In this document: positions 29,870 through 38,581 of the stretch, one piece after another
Numbering within the stretch: position 1 is the stretch's first letter
How the letters are laid out: each line of letters opens with the position of its first letter
Origin: SAR324 cluster bacterium
GTDB taxonomy: Bacteria > SAR324 > NAC60-12
DNA length: 64,000 nucleotides
Direction: 5' to 3'
Assembly: GCA_022448485.1 (NCBI GenBank)
Contig: JAKUUI010000004.1
Span: 5,715-69,714, forward strand
Program-made: the position numbers and the translations under genes
The notes under the pieces: model-generated
What the model was told of the DNA's origin: nothing
The model's database searches: none
What the model saw: the letters and a program-made list of their open reading frames with translations, nothing else

Positions 29870-31148
29870 CCCCTTACCTAAAATTCAATTTTGGTCCATT
29901 CTTTTATTTCTGCTGGTAAGTTTTGTAACAATCTTTTTTGCTGGATGCAGCTCTTCCGACTTACCGGGACAAAACAGCGCAGGTCCTTCAGTTGTTACCG
30001 GGACCGTTTTTGAAGCACCGTTGGAATTTGATGCGGGCGAAAACCCACTTGGAATTGTATCTGGTGATTTCAATGGAGACAATAAAACAGATTTTGTTGT
30101 AGCCAGTTCTCGGAAGCAAAATGGGATTTCCGATACTGAAGACGGAACCCTAACCCTCTTTCAAAATAACTCTTCATCCAGCAGCCGCTTTCCTTTTACA
30201 TCCAGCACCATTACACCTGCAACTGCAGAATGGCGACAGGATATTGTTTCCGCAGATTTCAACGGAGATGATCAGACCGATTTGGTGGTTACGCATACCG
30301 ATCAAGACAAAATAAAGTTATTACACAACGATGGCACTGCAAATTTTAGTGATAACGGAAGCGTCACTGTAGGCGATATGCCGCTCAATCTTGTTTCTGG
30401 AGACTGGAACAGCGACAATCAAACCGATTTGGCAGTTGTAAATCGTGATAACAGCAGTGTTTCCATTCTTCAAAACAGCAGCGGAGTTTTTTCTGTTTCC
30501 CAAACGCTATCTGTTAGCGAGCATCCAATAAAGATTGCAAGCGGAGATTGGGACGGTGACACGGATTCTGATTTGGCGGTTTTATTAAGAGACAGTACCT
30601 TGGTTCAAGTTTGGCTCAACGGTGGAACAGGATCTTTCAGCAAACAAAGCACCACATACACAGTAGGCAGCTTACCAGTCAGCATGATTTCCGGTGACTG
30701 GAACTGCGATGGAAAACAAGATCTGGCAGTGAGCAATTCTGGAGACAGTACTCTTTCTCTGATTTATGGGAAAGGTACTGGAGATTTTGATATACCTGTC
30801 ACAATTAGTTCAGGACGAGGTCCGGGAACACTGGCTGCGGCAGATTTTGATAACGACAATAAAATGGATTTTGTGGTTGGACACAATTTTCTTGTCACTA
30901 CTTCAGGAGCCTCTCTCCTTACCGGAGATTTTTCGTTGACACTCAGCGATGCCACTTCCAGCACTGGCTATGCCTCACCGACATCCTTTGCTGCAACCTT
31001 ATCGAAAGACGGTGCTTCACCAGCAGCATTTGTCATTTCAGACGTCGACAACGATTCAAAACTGGATGTCCTTGTTACGCTGCCTGTCAGTAAAAAATTA
31101 GCGGTGCTTTCCGGAAAACAATATTCTGGTAAACTTTCCTGCCCTTGA
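29859..31148 (+). CDS. FG-GAP/VCBS repeat beta-propeller lipoprotein
   Basis: Lipobox FFAGCSSS. There are seven repeats of the form SGDFNGDNKTDFVV, SADFNGDDQTDLVV, SGDWNSDNQTDLAV, SGDWDGDTDSDLAV, SGDWNCDGKQDLAV, AADFDNDNKMDFVV, ISDVDNDSKLDVLV. Overlaps the upstream gene by 11 nt. Confidence 0.8.
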   Translation: MKSNPLPKIQFWSILLFLLVSFVTIFFAGCSSSDLPGQNSAGPSVVTGTVFEAPLEFDAGENPLGIVSGDFNGDNKTDFVVASSRKQNGISDTEDGTLTLFQNNSSSSSRFPFTSSTITPATAEWRQDIVSADFNGDDQTDLVVTHTDQDKIKLLHNDGTANFSDNGSVTVGDMPLNLVSGDWNSDNQTDLAVVNRDNSSVSILQNSSGVFSVSQTLSVSEHPIKIASGDWDGDTDSDLAVLLRDSTLVQVWLNGGTGSFSKQSTTYTVGSLPVSMISGDWNCDGKQDLAVSNSGDSTLSLIYGKGTGDFDIPVTISSGRGPGTLAAADFDNDNKMDFVVGHNFLVTTSGASLLTGDFSLTLSDATSSTGYASPTSFAATLSKDGASPAAFVISDVDNDSKLDVLVTLPVSKKLAVLSGKQYSGKLSCP

Positions 31149-31364
31149 TCTTCAAAAAATCAGATTGACTGGAGACAGTAACAGGGATACACTTTAAGCG
31201 GTATTTCTCTGTAACATATTCAAAGTTAAGAATTCCTTTTGCACTGATTCTGTGTTCAATTTTGCAGATAAAATGTCAGGAAAGCATTGGTTTCATGTAT
31301 GAGATATCAGTTCAGCTAATTTCTCATTCAACCAAAGTTGCGTCAATTATACTAAAAAAACGAT

Positions 31365-32195
31365 ATGCTGATTGCAGGAACATGGGTAGCTTTGTTGCTC
31401 TACATTATCAGTTGGATTTCCGGACTTTTTGCTTCACCCTTCAAAGAACATTCGGACCACAGGTTGCAGGCATGGACAGATGTCACAGGAATGCGTGTTG
31501 CCTGGTTAGTTCATACGGCAACTTTACTGGGATTGTTATGGTCGAAAGCAATCTGGCCTTCAACTTTTGTGAGTGATATCCTTAGCGTAGTAGCATGGGG
31601 CAGTATGGTTGGAGTACAGGCTTCCCCAGAGCGTCTGCTCAGTCTGGTAAATACTTCATTCGTCCGTTTATTTGCAATCCTGCTGCTGGGTTTGTCACTC
31701 ATTATTTCCCAGAGGCAAGTGCTGGCTGGAGAGGTAGTTTCAGAGCAAACCTGGCTTTATCATGTTTTGCTTGGATCACATATCATCATTCTTTTGGCAG
31801 GATATGTGATGTTGGGAGTTGCGTGTGTGGCCAGCATTATTTTCATTTATCAGGAGCACCATCTTAAAACGAAACTGATGACATCAATTATGATCCACTT
31901 TCCTGCACTTGGTACTCTGGATCGTCTCAGTTGGCAGGGAACCATTTGGGGTTTTTTGGCATTGAGCATTGGTATCATGCTAGGAATCCTAATTAATTCA
32001 AACGATCATTCACTTTTAGCCAATTTGCGTTTTGGCTCATCAATCAGTGCCTGGTGTGTCTTTGCGGCATTGTTGCTGTTTCGTCAGCTGCAGGCTGTAC
32101 AATCCCGTTGGATCACAATTTGGCCCATCGTTGGATTCGTTTTGGCTCTGATGTCTTTGATTGTGGAACTATTACGATTGAACCAACCGATGTAA
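31365..32195 (+). CDS. Cytochrome c assembly family membrane protein (CcsA/YpjD/HemX-like)
   Basis: 276 aa with eight predicted TM helices, a Trp-containing segment LGTLDRLSWQGTIWGF, and IYQEHHLKTKL...FPALGTLD resembling the YpjD/HemX subgroup. Confidence 0.6.
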   Translation: MLIAGTWVALLLYIISWISGLFASPFKEHSDHRLQAWTDVTGMRVAWLVHTATLLGLLWSKAIWPSTFVSDILSVVAWGSMVGVQASPERLLSLVNTSFVRLFAILLLGLSLIISQRQVLAGEVVSEQTWLYHVLLGSHIIILLAGYVMLGVACVASIIFIYQEHHLKTKLMTSIMIHFPALGTLDRLSWQGTIWGFLALSIGIMLGILINSNDHSLLANLRFGSSISAWCVFAALLLFRQLQAVQSRWITIWPIVGFVLALMSLIVELLRLNQPM

Positions 32196-32259
32196 GTGTT
32201 AATCATGCTGTCATTACGTGTGCTAAAACTTGCAGAAAGAGATTAGAAACCAGTAAATA

Positions 32260-33213
32260 ATGAAACAAGTTCTCTGCAAAAATAATTTGTTGGACAGTGA
32301 TAATAATGTACGGCTGGTTCAAAATGCCGTGAAAAAAAATTTGGGTGTGTCCCTTCCTTTTTTGGTAGATATTGTACACCACATGGTAGCTCCACACAAC
32401 AATCAAACGCGTACACTGGTTCTACTGCAGAGCGCAAATCTCTTCAATAATCCGGATGAAGCCATCATAGATATCGGCAGTACCATAGAATATTTGCATG
32501 CTGCAGCTGCGTTGCACCGACACATAAAAGAACCAGAAAAAGCCAGACGCCGTCTGCAGCATGTTCAAAAATTATGGGGCAGTGAAACCAGTGTTTTATT
32601 GGGTGATTATCTGCTTTCCATCTCTTTTCAAATTTTGACGCGGGTAGGAAATTTGGATGTGCTGGAATGTGTTTCATTGGCCACACAAAATATTGCACGC
32701 GGACAGGTTCTTGAAGTTTCAGAACCGTCTCTTACTGCAACCCCAAAACACTGGCGCAGCGTTACACGTGACAAAATTGCAGTCTTGTTCGGTGCTGGTG
32801 CGCAAAGTGCGGCTTACTGGGGAAATTCATCGGAAGTGACGGCTTCAACGTTGTTTTCCTTTGGTGTGCATGTGGGAATGGCAGCTCAGTTGAAAACTGA
32901 TTTGGAGGCAGTTGGAAACAAAAAACTATTTCTGCAAAAATTGAAAGAACATGAACTGTGGTTCCCGCTCTGCTTTTTGCTCCACGAATGCTTGCCGGAG
33001 GAAAAACAAAGAGAAATTTCGGAAAAATTGCAGAATGAATTTGATGCTCAAGAATTTTTTGAAGAACTCAATATTCTGTTCAAAAAATATGAAGTTTCAA
33101 ATCAGATTCATGATGAAGCAGAGCTGGAATTGAAACAAGCAAAAGAATTTCTCAAACAGCTGGAATTTGATTCCGGTCCGCTTCAGCCATTAACTCAATA
33201 TTCAATGATCTAA
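32260..33213 (+). CDS. Trans-polyprenyl diphosphate synthase-like protein lacking both Asp-rich motifs
   Basis: Carries the trans-IPPS hallmark LLGDYLLS and a helical fold layout. The FARM position reads YLHAAAALHRHI..KARRR and the SARM position reads MAAQLKTDLEAVGNKK, so DDxxD is lost at both. Confidence 0.55.
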   Translation: MKQVLCKNNLLDSDNNVRLVQNAVKKNLGVSLPFLVDIVHHMVAPHNNQTRTLVLLQSANLFNNPDEAIIDIGSTIEYLHAAAALHRHIKEPEKARRRLQHVQKLWGSETSVLLGDYLLSISFQILTRVGNLDVLECVSLATQNIARGQVLEVSEPSLTATPKHWRSVTRDKIAVLFGAGAQSAAYWGNSSEVTASTLFSFGVHVGMAAQLKTDLEAVGNKKLFLQKLKEHELWFPLCFLLHECLPEEKQREISEKLQNEFDAQEFFEELNILFKKYEVSNQIHDEAELELKQAKEFLKQLEFDSGPLQPLTQYSMI

Positions 33214-33214
33214 T

Positions 33215-34027
33215 ATGACAGACTCACTGTTAATTAAAATAGATGCGTCAGTTGCGGAAATTAAGCTAAACCGTCCGGGAAAGGCAAACGCACTGGATGA
33301 AGAATTATGGATGGCACTCGGCAACAGTTTTAATGAATTAAGTGAAAACGAAGCGGTACGGGTTTGCATCTTGAGTGGTACCGGAAATCATTTTACTTCC
33401 GGAATTGATCTCGGTTTTTTACAGACTATGGGGCAGGAAGTTGAGAAATATGACTGTGAAGGACGAAAGCGTGATTTTTTACGCCAAAAAATATTAAAGT
33501 TGCAAGCAGCTTTTACTCAAATTGAGCAGTGCCGTAAGCCAGTTCTGGCCGCTATTCATGGTGGATGCATTGGTGGTGGTGTCGATTTGATCAGTGCTTG
33601 TGATATGCGTTATTCTACATGCAACGCAGTCTTCCAAATCAAAGAAATAGATCTTGGACTTACAGCCGATGTTGGCACTTTGCAACGTCTGCCTCACCTG
33701 ATTCCACAGGGTATTGTCCGTGAACTGGCCTACACTGCACGAAAGTTTTCCGGCAAAGAAGCCCTTGAATTAGGTTTGGTCAACCGCTGTTATGATGACC
33801 AGAAAACAATGATTTCTGAAGTCCAGAAAATTGCAGAGCGAATTGCAGGCAAACCCCCTTTAGCTTTGCGCGGCGTGAAGGAAATGCTGCTGCATGCCCG
33901 TGATCATTCTGTTGCAGACGGACTAGATTATGTGGCTACCTGGAACTCTGCCATGCTGCTTTCAGCTGATCTGGAGGAATCGGTAATGGCCATGATGGAA
34001 AGCCGATCTCCGGAATTCAAAGATTAA
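33215..34027 (+). CDS. Enoyl-CoA hydratase/isomerase (crotonase fold) family protein
   Basis: IKLNRPGKANALD..., oxyanion-hole region AAIHGGCIGGGVDL. Lies 2 nt after the preceding gene. Confidence 0.85.
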   Translation: MTDSLLIKIDASVAEIKLNRPGKANALDEELWMALGNSFNELSENEAVRVCILSGTGNHFTSGIDLGFLQTMGQEVEKYDCEGRKRDFLRQKILKLQAAFTQIEQCRKPVLAAIHGGCIGGGVDLISACDMRYSTCNAVFQIKEIDLGLTADVGTLQRLPHLIPQGIVRELAYTARKFSGKEALELGLVNRCYDDQKTMISEVQKIAERIAGKPPLALRGVKEMLLHARDHSVADGLDYVATWNSAMLLSADLEESVMAMMESRSPEFKD

Positions 34028-34059
34028 CTCCAGAAAATCTTCTTAAATTTTAATACACT

Positions 34060-37000
34060 ATGATTCCCCGCATCAGTCTTTCTGAAAGCAGACCTCAATT
34101 TGTACATAATTTTCTTTCAGAGTTGCGGGAAAGTACGTTTTCCGGAGATATAAAGCATGATTTCGGAACACGTCTTGTTACCGCAACAGACAACAGTATA
34201 TATCAGGTTTTACCGCAAGCAGTTGTTTATCCAAAAAATGCGGAAGACATTCAGACTGTGCTGAAAATTACAGAACAACAGCAATTTCGTCAAAGTATCA
34301 AAATCACTCCACGCGGTGGAGGTACTGGCACAAATGGACAGTCTCTTACAGAAGGCGTCGTTCTCGATTGTTCACGATTCATGAACCGTATACTCGAGAC
34401 GAATTTCAAGGATGGCTGGGTTCGTGTTGAGCCCGGTGTTGTACTGGACCAGCTCAACGAACACCTTGCTCCACACAAAGTATTTTTTGCTCCTGATTTA
34501 TCAACGAGCAATAGAGCCACATTGGGTGGCATGGTCAACACCGATGCTTGTGGTAAAGGCTCTCGTATTTACGGGCGTACCAGCGACCATATTATAGAGT
34601 TGACCTGTATTCTCTCCAGCGGAGAAGTTTTACAATCCATTCCACTCGATTCGGAAACACTGGCAGAATATAAGCAAAAATCTGGAATTTCAGGAAATGT
34701 TTTTAAAGTTGTTGACCAAGTGGTTTCTGATAAAGCGGAGCTCATTCAAGAAGTATTTCCGAAAATGAGTCGCTTTATGACAGGATATAATCTGGCGAAA
34801 GTTTACGAAAATTCAGCAAAAAACTTTAATCTTAACTATTTGCTGTCCGGTTCAGAAGGAACATTAGCAGTTGTCAGCGAGGCTAAGCTCCGCTTGACTC
34901 AGCTTCCGAAACACAAACGTTTGCTTGTTGTCAAATACGAGGCTTTTGATGATGCTCTTCGTAATGCAGAAGTCCTGGTTGAGTCTGATCCATCAGCGAT
35001 TGAAACGATTGACGAAAAAATACTCAGCCTGGCAAAAGAAGATGAGATATATCTGAAAATCAAAAATTTCATTGCAGACGAAACTGGAAAACCAGAAAGC
35101 AAAAATCACCCAACCCGGACGATTAACCTAGTCGAATTTTGTGGCAGCAACAAAAGTAATCTGGAAAAACAGGTTGCAGCACTTTGCAAAATTATTGACG
35201 CAAAGAAATATGATTCCGGAGAAGCAACGGGTTATTACCGGACTTCAGATTCGCAGGAAATTAGTGATTTATGGAATTTGCGCAAAAAAGGTGTTGGGCT
35301 TTTAGGCAATACCAAAGGTGAGAAGAAACCTCTTCCGTTTGTGGAAGACACGGCAGTTCCTCCGAAAAATTTAGCTAGTTATATCAGTGAATTTCGCAAA
35401 TTACTTGAATCATTTGGTTTGGAGTACGCGATGTTCGGTCACGTTGACGTTGGCTGTTTGCACGTGCGTCCGGCTTTGGATTTGAAGAATCCGGAAGAAG
35501 AAAGCTGGATCAGGGAACTTTCTGATAAAGTAGTTGAACTAGTGAAAAAATATGAGGGCGTAATGTGGAGCGAACACGGACGCGGTTTTCGCAGTGAATA
35601 CACAGCAGAATTTTTTGGTGAAGAATTGCATCAAGATTTGCGCCGCATTAAAGAAGCATTCGATCCAAATAATCGGCTCAATCCCGGAAAAATAGTCACC
35701 CCGCTTTCTCTCAGTGACCAGGTAGTTCGGCTGGAAGGTCCGCTCCGCGGACACAAAGACCGGCAAATTACTCCAGAATTGCTGAAGGAATATGAATCAG
35801 CGATCAACTGCAACGGCAACGGAGCTTGTTTCGATTTTTCTCCAGATCATGTGATGTGTCCTTCTTCAAGAATTACTCGTGATCGTGTTCATTCTCCGCA
35901 AGGAAGAGCAGGACTGATGCGTGAGTGGCTCCGGATACTTTCTTTGAATCAGGGAGTATCAGCTTCGGCAAACAAACCGCGGGGGTTTCTGTATAATTTG
36001 CTTAACAAAGTTCAAAAGTCATGGCGCAAAAAACATGGTGAGTACGATTTTTCACACGAAGTTTATGAGTCAATGGCTGGATGTTTAGTTTGCAAAGCAT
36101 GTGCGACTCAATGTCCTGTGCATGTTGATGTTCCAGAATTGCGTTCAAAATTTCTTGACCTTTATCATTCCCGTTATTTGCGTCCCCTCAAAGATTATTT
36201 GGTAGGCTCTACGGAATCATTCGGTCGTTTATTTTCGCAAATGCCGTCAGTTGCAAACGTTTTTTTCAGTTGGCCTCTAAGCAGTATGTTACTGAAAGAG
36301 CAAATTGGTTTAAGAGATTTACCGGAATACAGTCCGGAACCTGTCAGGCGGCGTCTGCTGAATTCTGCTGCACCAGCATTTGATTTGGATGGCTTGATTT
36401 TACGTACTCCGGAAGAATTAGAACAGAGTGTGATTCTGCTGCAGGATGCCTTCACCTCGTTTTACGAATCGCAGCTTGTGCTGGAATTTTATGAGTTGCT
36501 GTGTCACTTGGGTTATACGGTTTATGTTGCACCGTTTCATCCTAACGGCAAACCTTTGCATGTAAAAGGCTTCCTGGATAAATTTCAGAAAGTTGCAGAG
36601 AAAAACACAAAATGGCTGATTCATGTTGCACGTTCCGGAATTCCTATGGTTGGACTCGACCCTAGTGTAGTGTTGACTTATCGTGATGAATATTTAAAAA
36701 TTCTTGGGGAAAATGAGCTGCCCTTTGAGGTTTTGCTGCCGCAGGAATTGTTAGTGAAGAGTTCCGAAAAATTTCGTGAATTTGCAGTTTCAGCAAAGTC
36801 AAATTTGCCGGAGTATCAATTGTTGGGGCACTGCACCGAAAAAACCCAAGTTCAGCTTTCACAAGAGCAATGGCAGGAGGTTTTTAAGGTATTTGGTTTG
36901 TCTTTACAGTTGATTCCTGTGGGCTGTTGCGGCATGGCTGGAACTTACGGACACGAAACAGAACATTTCGAAGAATCCCGTGGAATTTACAATTTAAGCT

Positions 37001-37158
37001 GGAAAAATAAGATCCCTGCTGATCAATTTTTGCGGCAAAATATTTTGGCCACCGGTTTTTCCTGCCGCAGCCAGGTAAAGCGCTTCGAAGGTTTTCGTCC
37101 ACTGCATCCATTGCAGGCACTGTTAAGGGAAATCATCTGGGAAAATAAACTCCAATAA
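34060..37158 (+). CDS. YdiJ-like FAD-linked oxidase fused to 4Fe-4S and CCG (GlcF-like) domains
   Basis: 1032 aa. N-terminal FAD-binding PCMH domain (RGGGTGTNGQS) and VAO-type C-terminal domain. Then CLVCKACATQCP ferredoxin-like cysteines, and CCG-type motifs (GCCGMAG) near the C-terminus. Confidence 0.85.
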   Translation: MIPRISLSESRPQFVHNFLSELRESTFSGDIKHDFGTRLVTATDNSIYQVLPQAVVYPKNAEDIQTVLKITEQQQFRQSIKITPRGGGTGTNGQSLTEGVVLDCSRFMNRILETNFKDGWVRVEPGVVLDQLNEHLAPHKVFFAPDLSTSNRATLGGMVNTDACGKGSRIYGRTSDHIIELTCILSSGEVLQSIPLDSETLAEYKQKSGISGNVFKVVDQVVSDKAELIQEVFPKMSRFMTGYNLAKVYENSAKNFNLNYLLSGSEGTLAVVSEAKLRLTQLPKHKRLLVVKYEAFDDALRNAEVLVESDPSAIETIDEKILSLAKEDEIYLKIKNFIADETGKPESKNHPTRTINLVEFCGSNKSNLEKQVAALCKIIDAKKYDSGEATGYYRTSDSQEISDLWNLRKKGVGLLGNTKGEKKPLPFVEDTAVPPKNLASYISEFRKLLESFGLEYAMFGHVDVGCLHVRPALDLKNPEEESWIRELSDKVVELVKKYEGVMWSEHGRGFRSEYTAEFFGEELHQDLRRIKEAFDPNNRLNPGKIVTPLSLSDQVVRLEGPLRGHKDRQITPELLKEYESAINCNGNGACFDFSPDHVMCPSSRITRDRVHSPQGRAGLMREWLRILSLNQGVSASANKPRGFLYNLLNKVQKSWRKKHGEYDFSHEVYESMAGCLVCKACATQCPVHVDVPELRSKFLDLYHSRYLRPLKDYLVGSTESFGRLFSQMPSVANVFFSWPLSSMLLKEQIGLRDLPEYSPEPVRRRLLNSAAPAFDLDGLILRTPEELEQSVILLQDAFTSFYESQLVLEFYELLCHLGYTVYVAPFHPNGKPLHVKGFLDKFQKVAEKNTKWLIHVARSGIPMVGLDPSVVLTYRDEYLKILGENELPFEVLLPQELLVKSSEKFREFAVSAKSNLPEYQLLGHCTEKTQVQLSQEQWQEVFKVFGLSLQLIPVGCCGMAGTYGHETEHFEESRGIYNLSWKNKIPADQFLRQNILATGFSCRSQVKRFEGFRPLHPLQALLREIIWENKLQ

Positions 37159-37193
37159 CAACAACTAAAACTTTCTCCCTAAAGAGGTATATT

Positions 37194-37529
37194 TTGGAAG
37201 AAATCAATTTTGAAGATTTTTTACGGATTCAAATTCGAACAGGAACTATTCTGGAGGCAACACTTAACACCAAGGCCAGGAATCCTGCCTACATTCTGAA
37301 GATCGATTTTGGTCCACTAGGGATTAAAACTAGCTCCGCGCAAATTACAAAAAACTACCTGTCAGGTAATTTAACGGGAATGCAAATTTCGGCTGTGGTA
37401 AATTTCCCTGTCAAACGTGTAGCCGGTGTTAATTCAGAGGTGCTGGTACTTGGGGCTTATTCTGAAGAAAAAGGTGTAGTGCTGCTGGAACCAACGGATT
37501 CTGTGGAAGATGGTTCATTAGTGGGCTGA
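37194..37529 (+). CDS. tRNA-binding protein (CsaA/YgjH, Trbp111-like OB fold)
   Basis: 111 aa. The segment FEDFLRIQIRTGTILEA...AYILKIDFG...VNFPVKRVAGVNSEVLVL is typical of CsaA. Confidence 0.75.
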   Translation: MEEINFEDFLRIQIRTGTILEATLNTKARNPAYILKIDFGPLGIKTSSAQITKNYLSGNLTGMQISAVVNFPVKRVAGVNSEVLVLGAYSEEKGVVLLEPTDSVEDGSLVG

Positions 37530-38449
37530 TTTGTTTCTGTATTCACTTGTGATTCACTATGGATTTTGCTGATGAATTTATCTTTGACACACCACAGCTC
37601 GTTCAGGCAGTTCTTTACCGCTAAAGACCCTCCTTTGCCCCGAATCTCTTCCACCGATGGTACCACACCTTCTCCAAGCTTCAGGGTTTCGATGCGCACC
37701 ACAATTCTGCTAACCCTTCCATACATTAAATCGGAAAAATTTGGCGAAGAATGGCCTGGATAGACCAGTGTGACATTGAGGATGCATGTCATTTCGTCGC
37801 CTAAACTGCTCAAAACTGTGTGAATTCCTCCTGCACGTGGTTTGAGTAAATTTATGTAAGGTGATTTGGTTTTGGTCTGTTTTTCGGGCGTGAAGCGTGT
37901 TCCTTCTGCATAATTCAAAATAGTTACCGGATGTCCCAGTAATTTTTCGCAGGAAATCTTTGCGGTTTCTAAATCTTTACCTCGCAATTCAGGGCGAATT
38001 TTTAAAGTTTCTCTGGAATAACGTTTCATGGTTGGATATTCCAGAGCCCAGAGTGCTTGTCCAAGGAATGGGATCCAAAGCAGCTCCTGTTTGATATAGA
38101 AGAGCAAAAAAGGAATTCGTCTTAAAAATAGTCCTTGTGCCACCGGAATGTCGAGCAGTGAAAGATGATTGCTGATCACCAAATATGTTCCATCCGGATT
38201 CAAATTGTCCAATCCTTTAACGTCCCACTCTATATGAAAAAATATTTTCAAAAGGAAATTATTTGTGATGATAAAACCTCCGGAAATCCAGTAAGAAATT
38301 TTGCCCCAAAGGTGACGCCATCCAGAGAGAGGAATTACGAATTTGACCGGAGCGCACAAACTGACAAGTGTTCCGTGAAATGAAGTATTGAGGATGAACA
38401 AAAAAACTATAATTGGAATACGTATCGAATTAGTCAAAAGTTGAATCAT
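37457..38449 (-). CDS. Lysophospholipid (1-acyl-glycerol-3-phosphate) acyltransferase family protein
   Basis: HX4D motif VISNHLSLLDIP, motif II/III NYAEGTRFTP. Its 3' end overlaps the convergent csaA-like gene by about 70 nt. Confidence 0.8.
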   Translation of the reverse strand: MIQLLTNSIRIPIIVFLFILNTSFHGTLVSLCAPVKFVIPLSGWRHLWGKISYWISGGFIITNNFLLKIFFHIEWDVKGLDNLNPDGTYLVISNHLSLLDIPVAQGLFLRRIPFLLFYIKQELLWIPFLGQALWALEYPTMKRYSRETLKIRPELRGKDLETAKISCEKLLGHPVTILNYAEGTRFTPEKQTKTKSPYINLLKPRAGGIHTVLSSLGDEMTCILNVTLVYPGHSSPNFSDLMYGRVSRIVVRIETLKLGEGVVPSVEEIRGKGGSLAVKNCLNELWCVKDKFISKIHSESQVNTETNQPTNEPSSTESVGSSSTTPFSSE

Positions 38450-38581
38450 CAGTAGTTTAAAATTGTTGATGCATATTGTTGGTATTTCTCAAAAAACAGC
38501 TTTATGTGCAAAACACCGGTTGATATTGACTTAAAGTGCGGAGAATATCAAGTTGTTGAATTGTAATAAATGTTGTGAGTT

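Noticed and set aside
31262-31576. 104 aa plus-strand ORF overlapping the start of the CcsA-family gene
   Set aside because: It has no recognisable features. It overlaps the membrane protein's N-terminus in another frame and is likely spurious.
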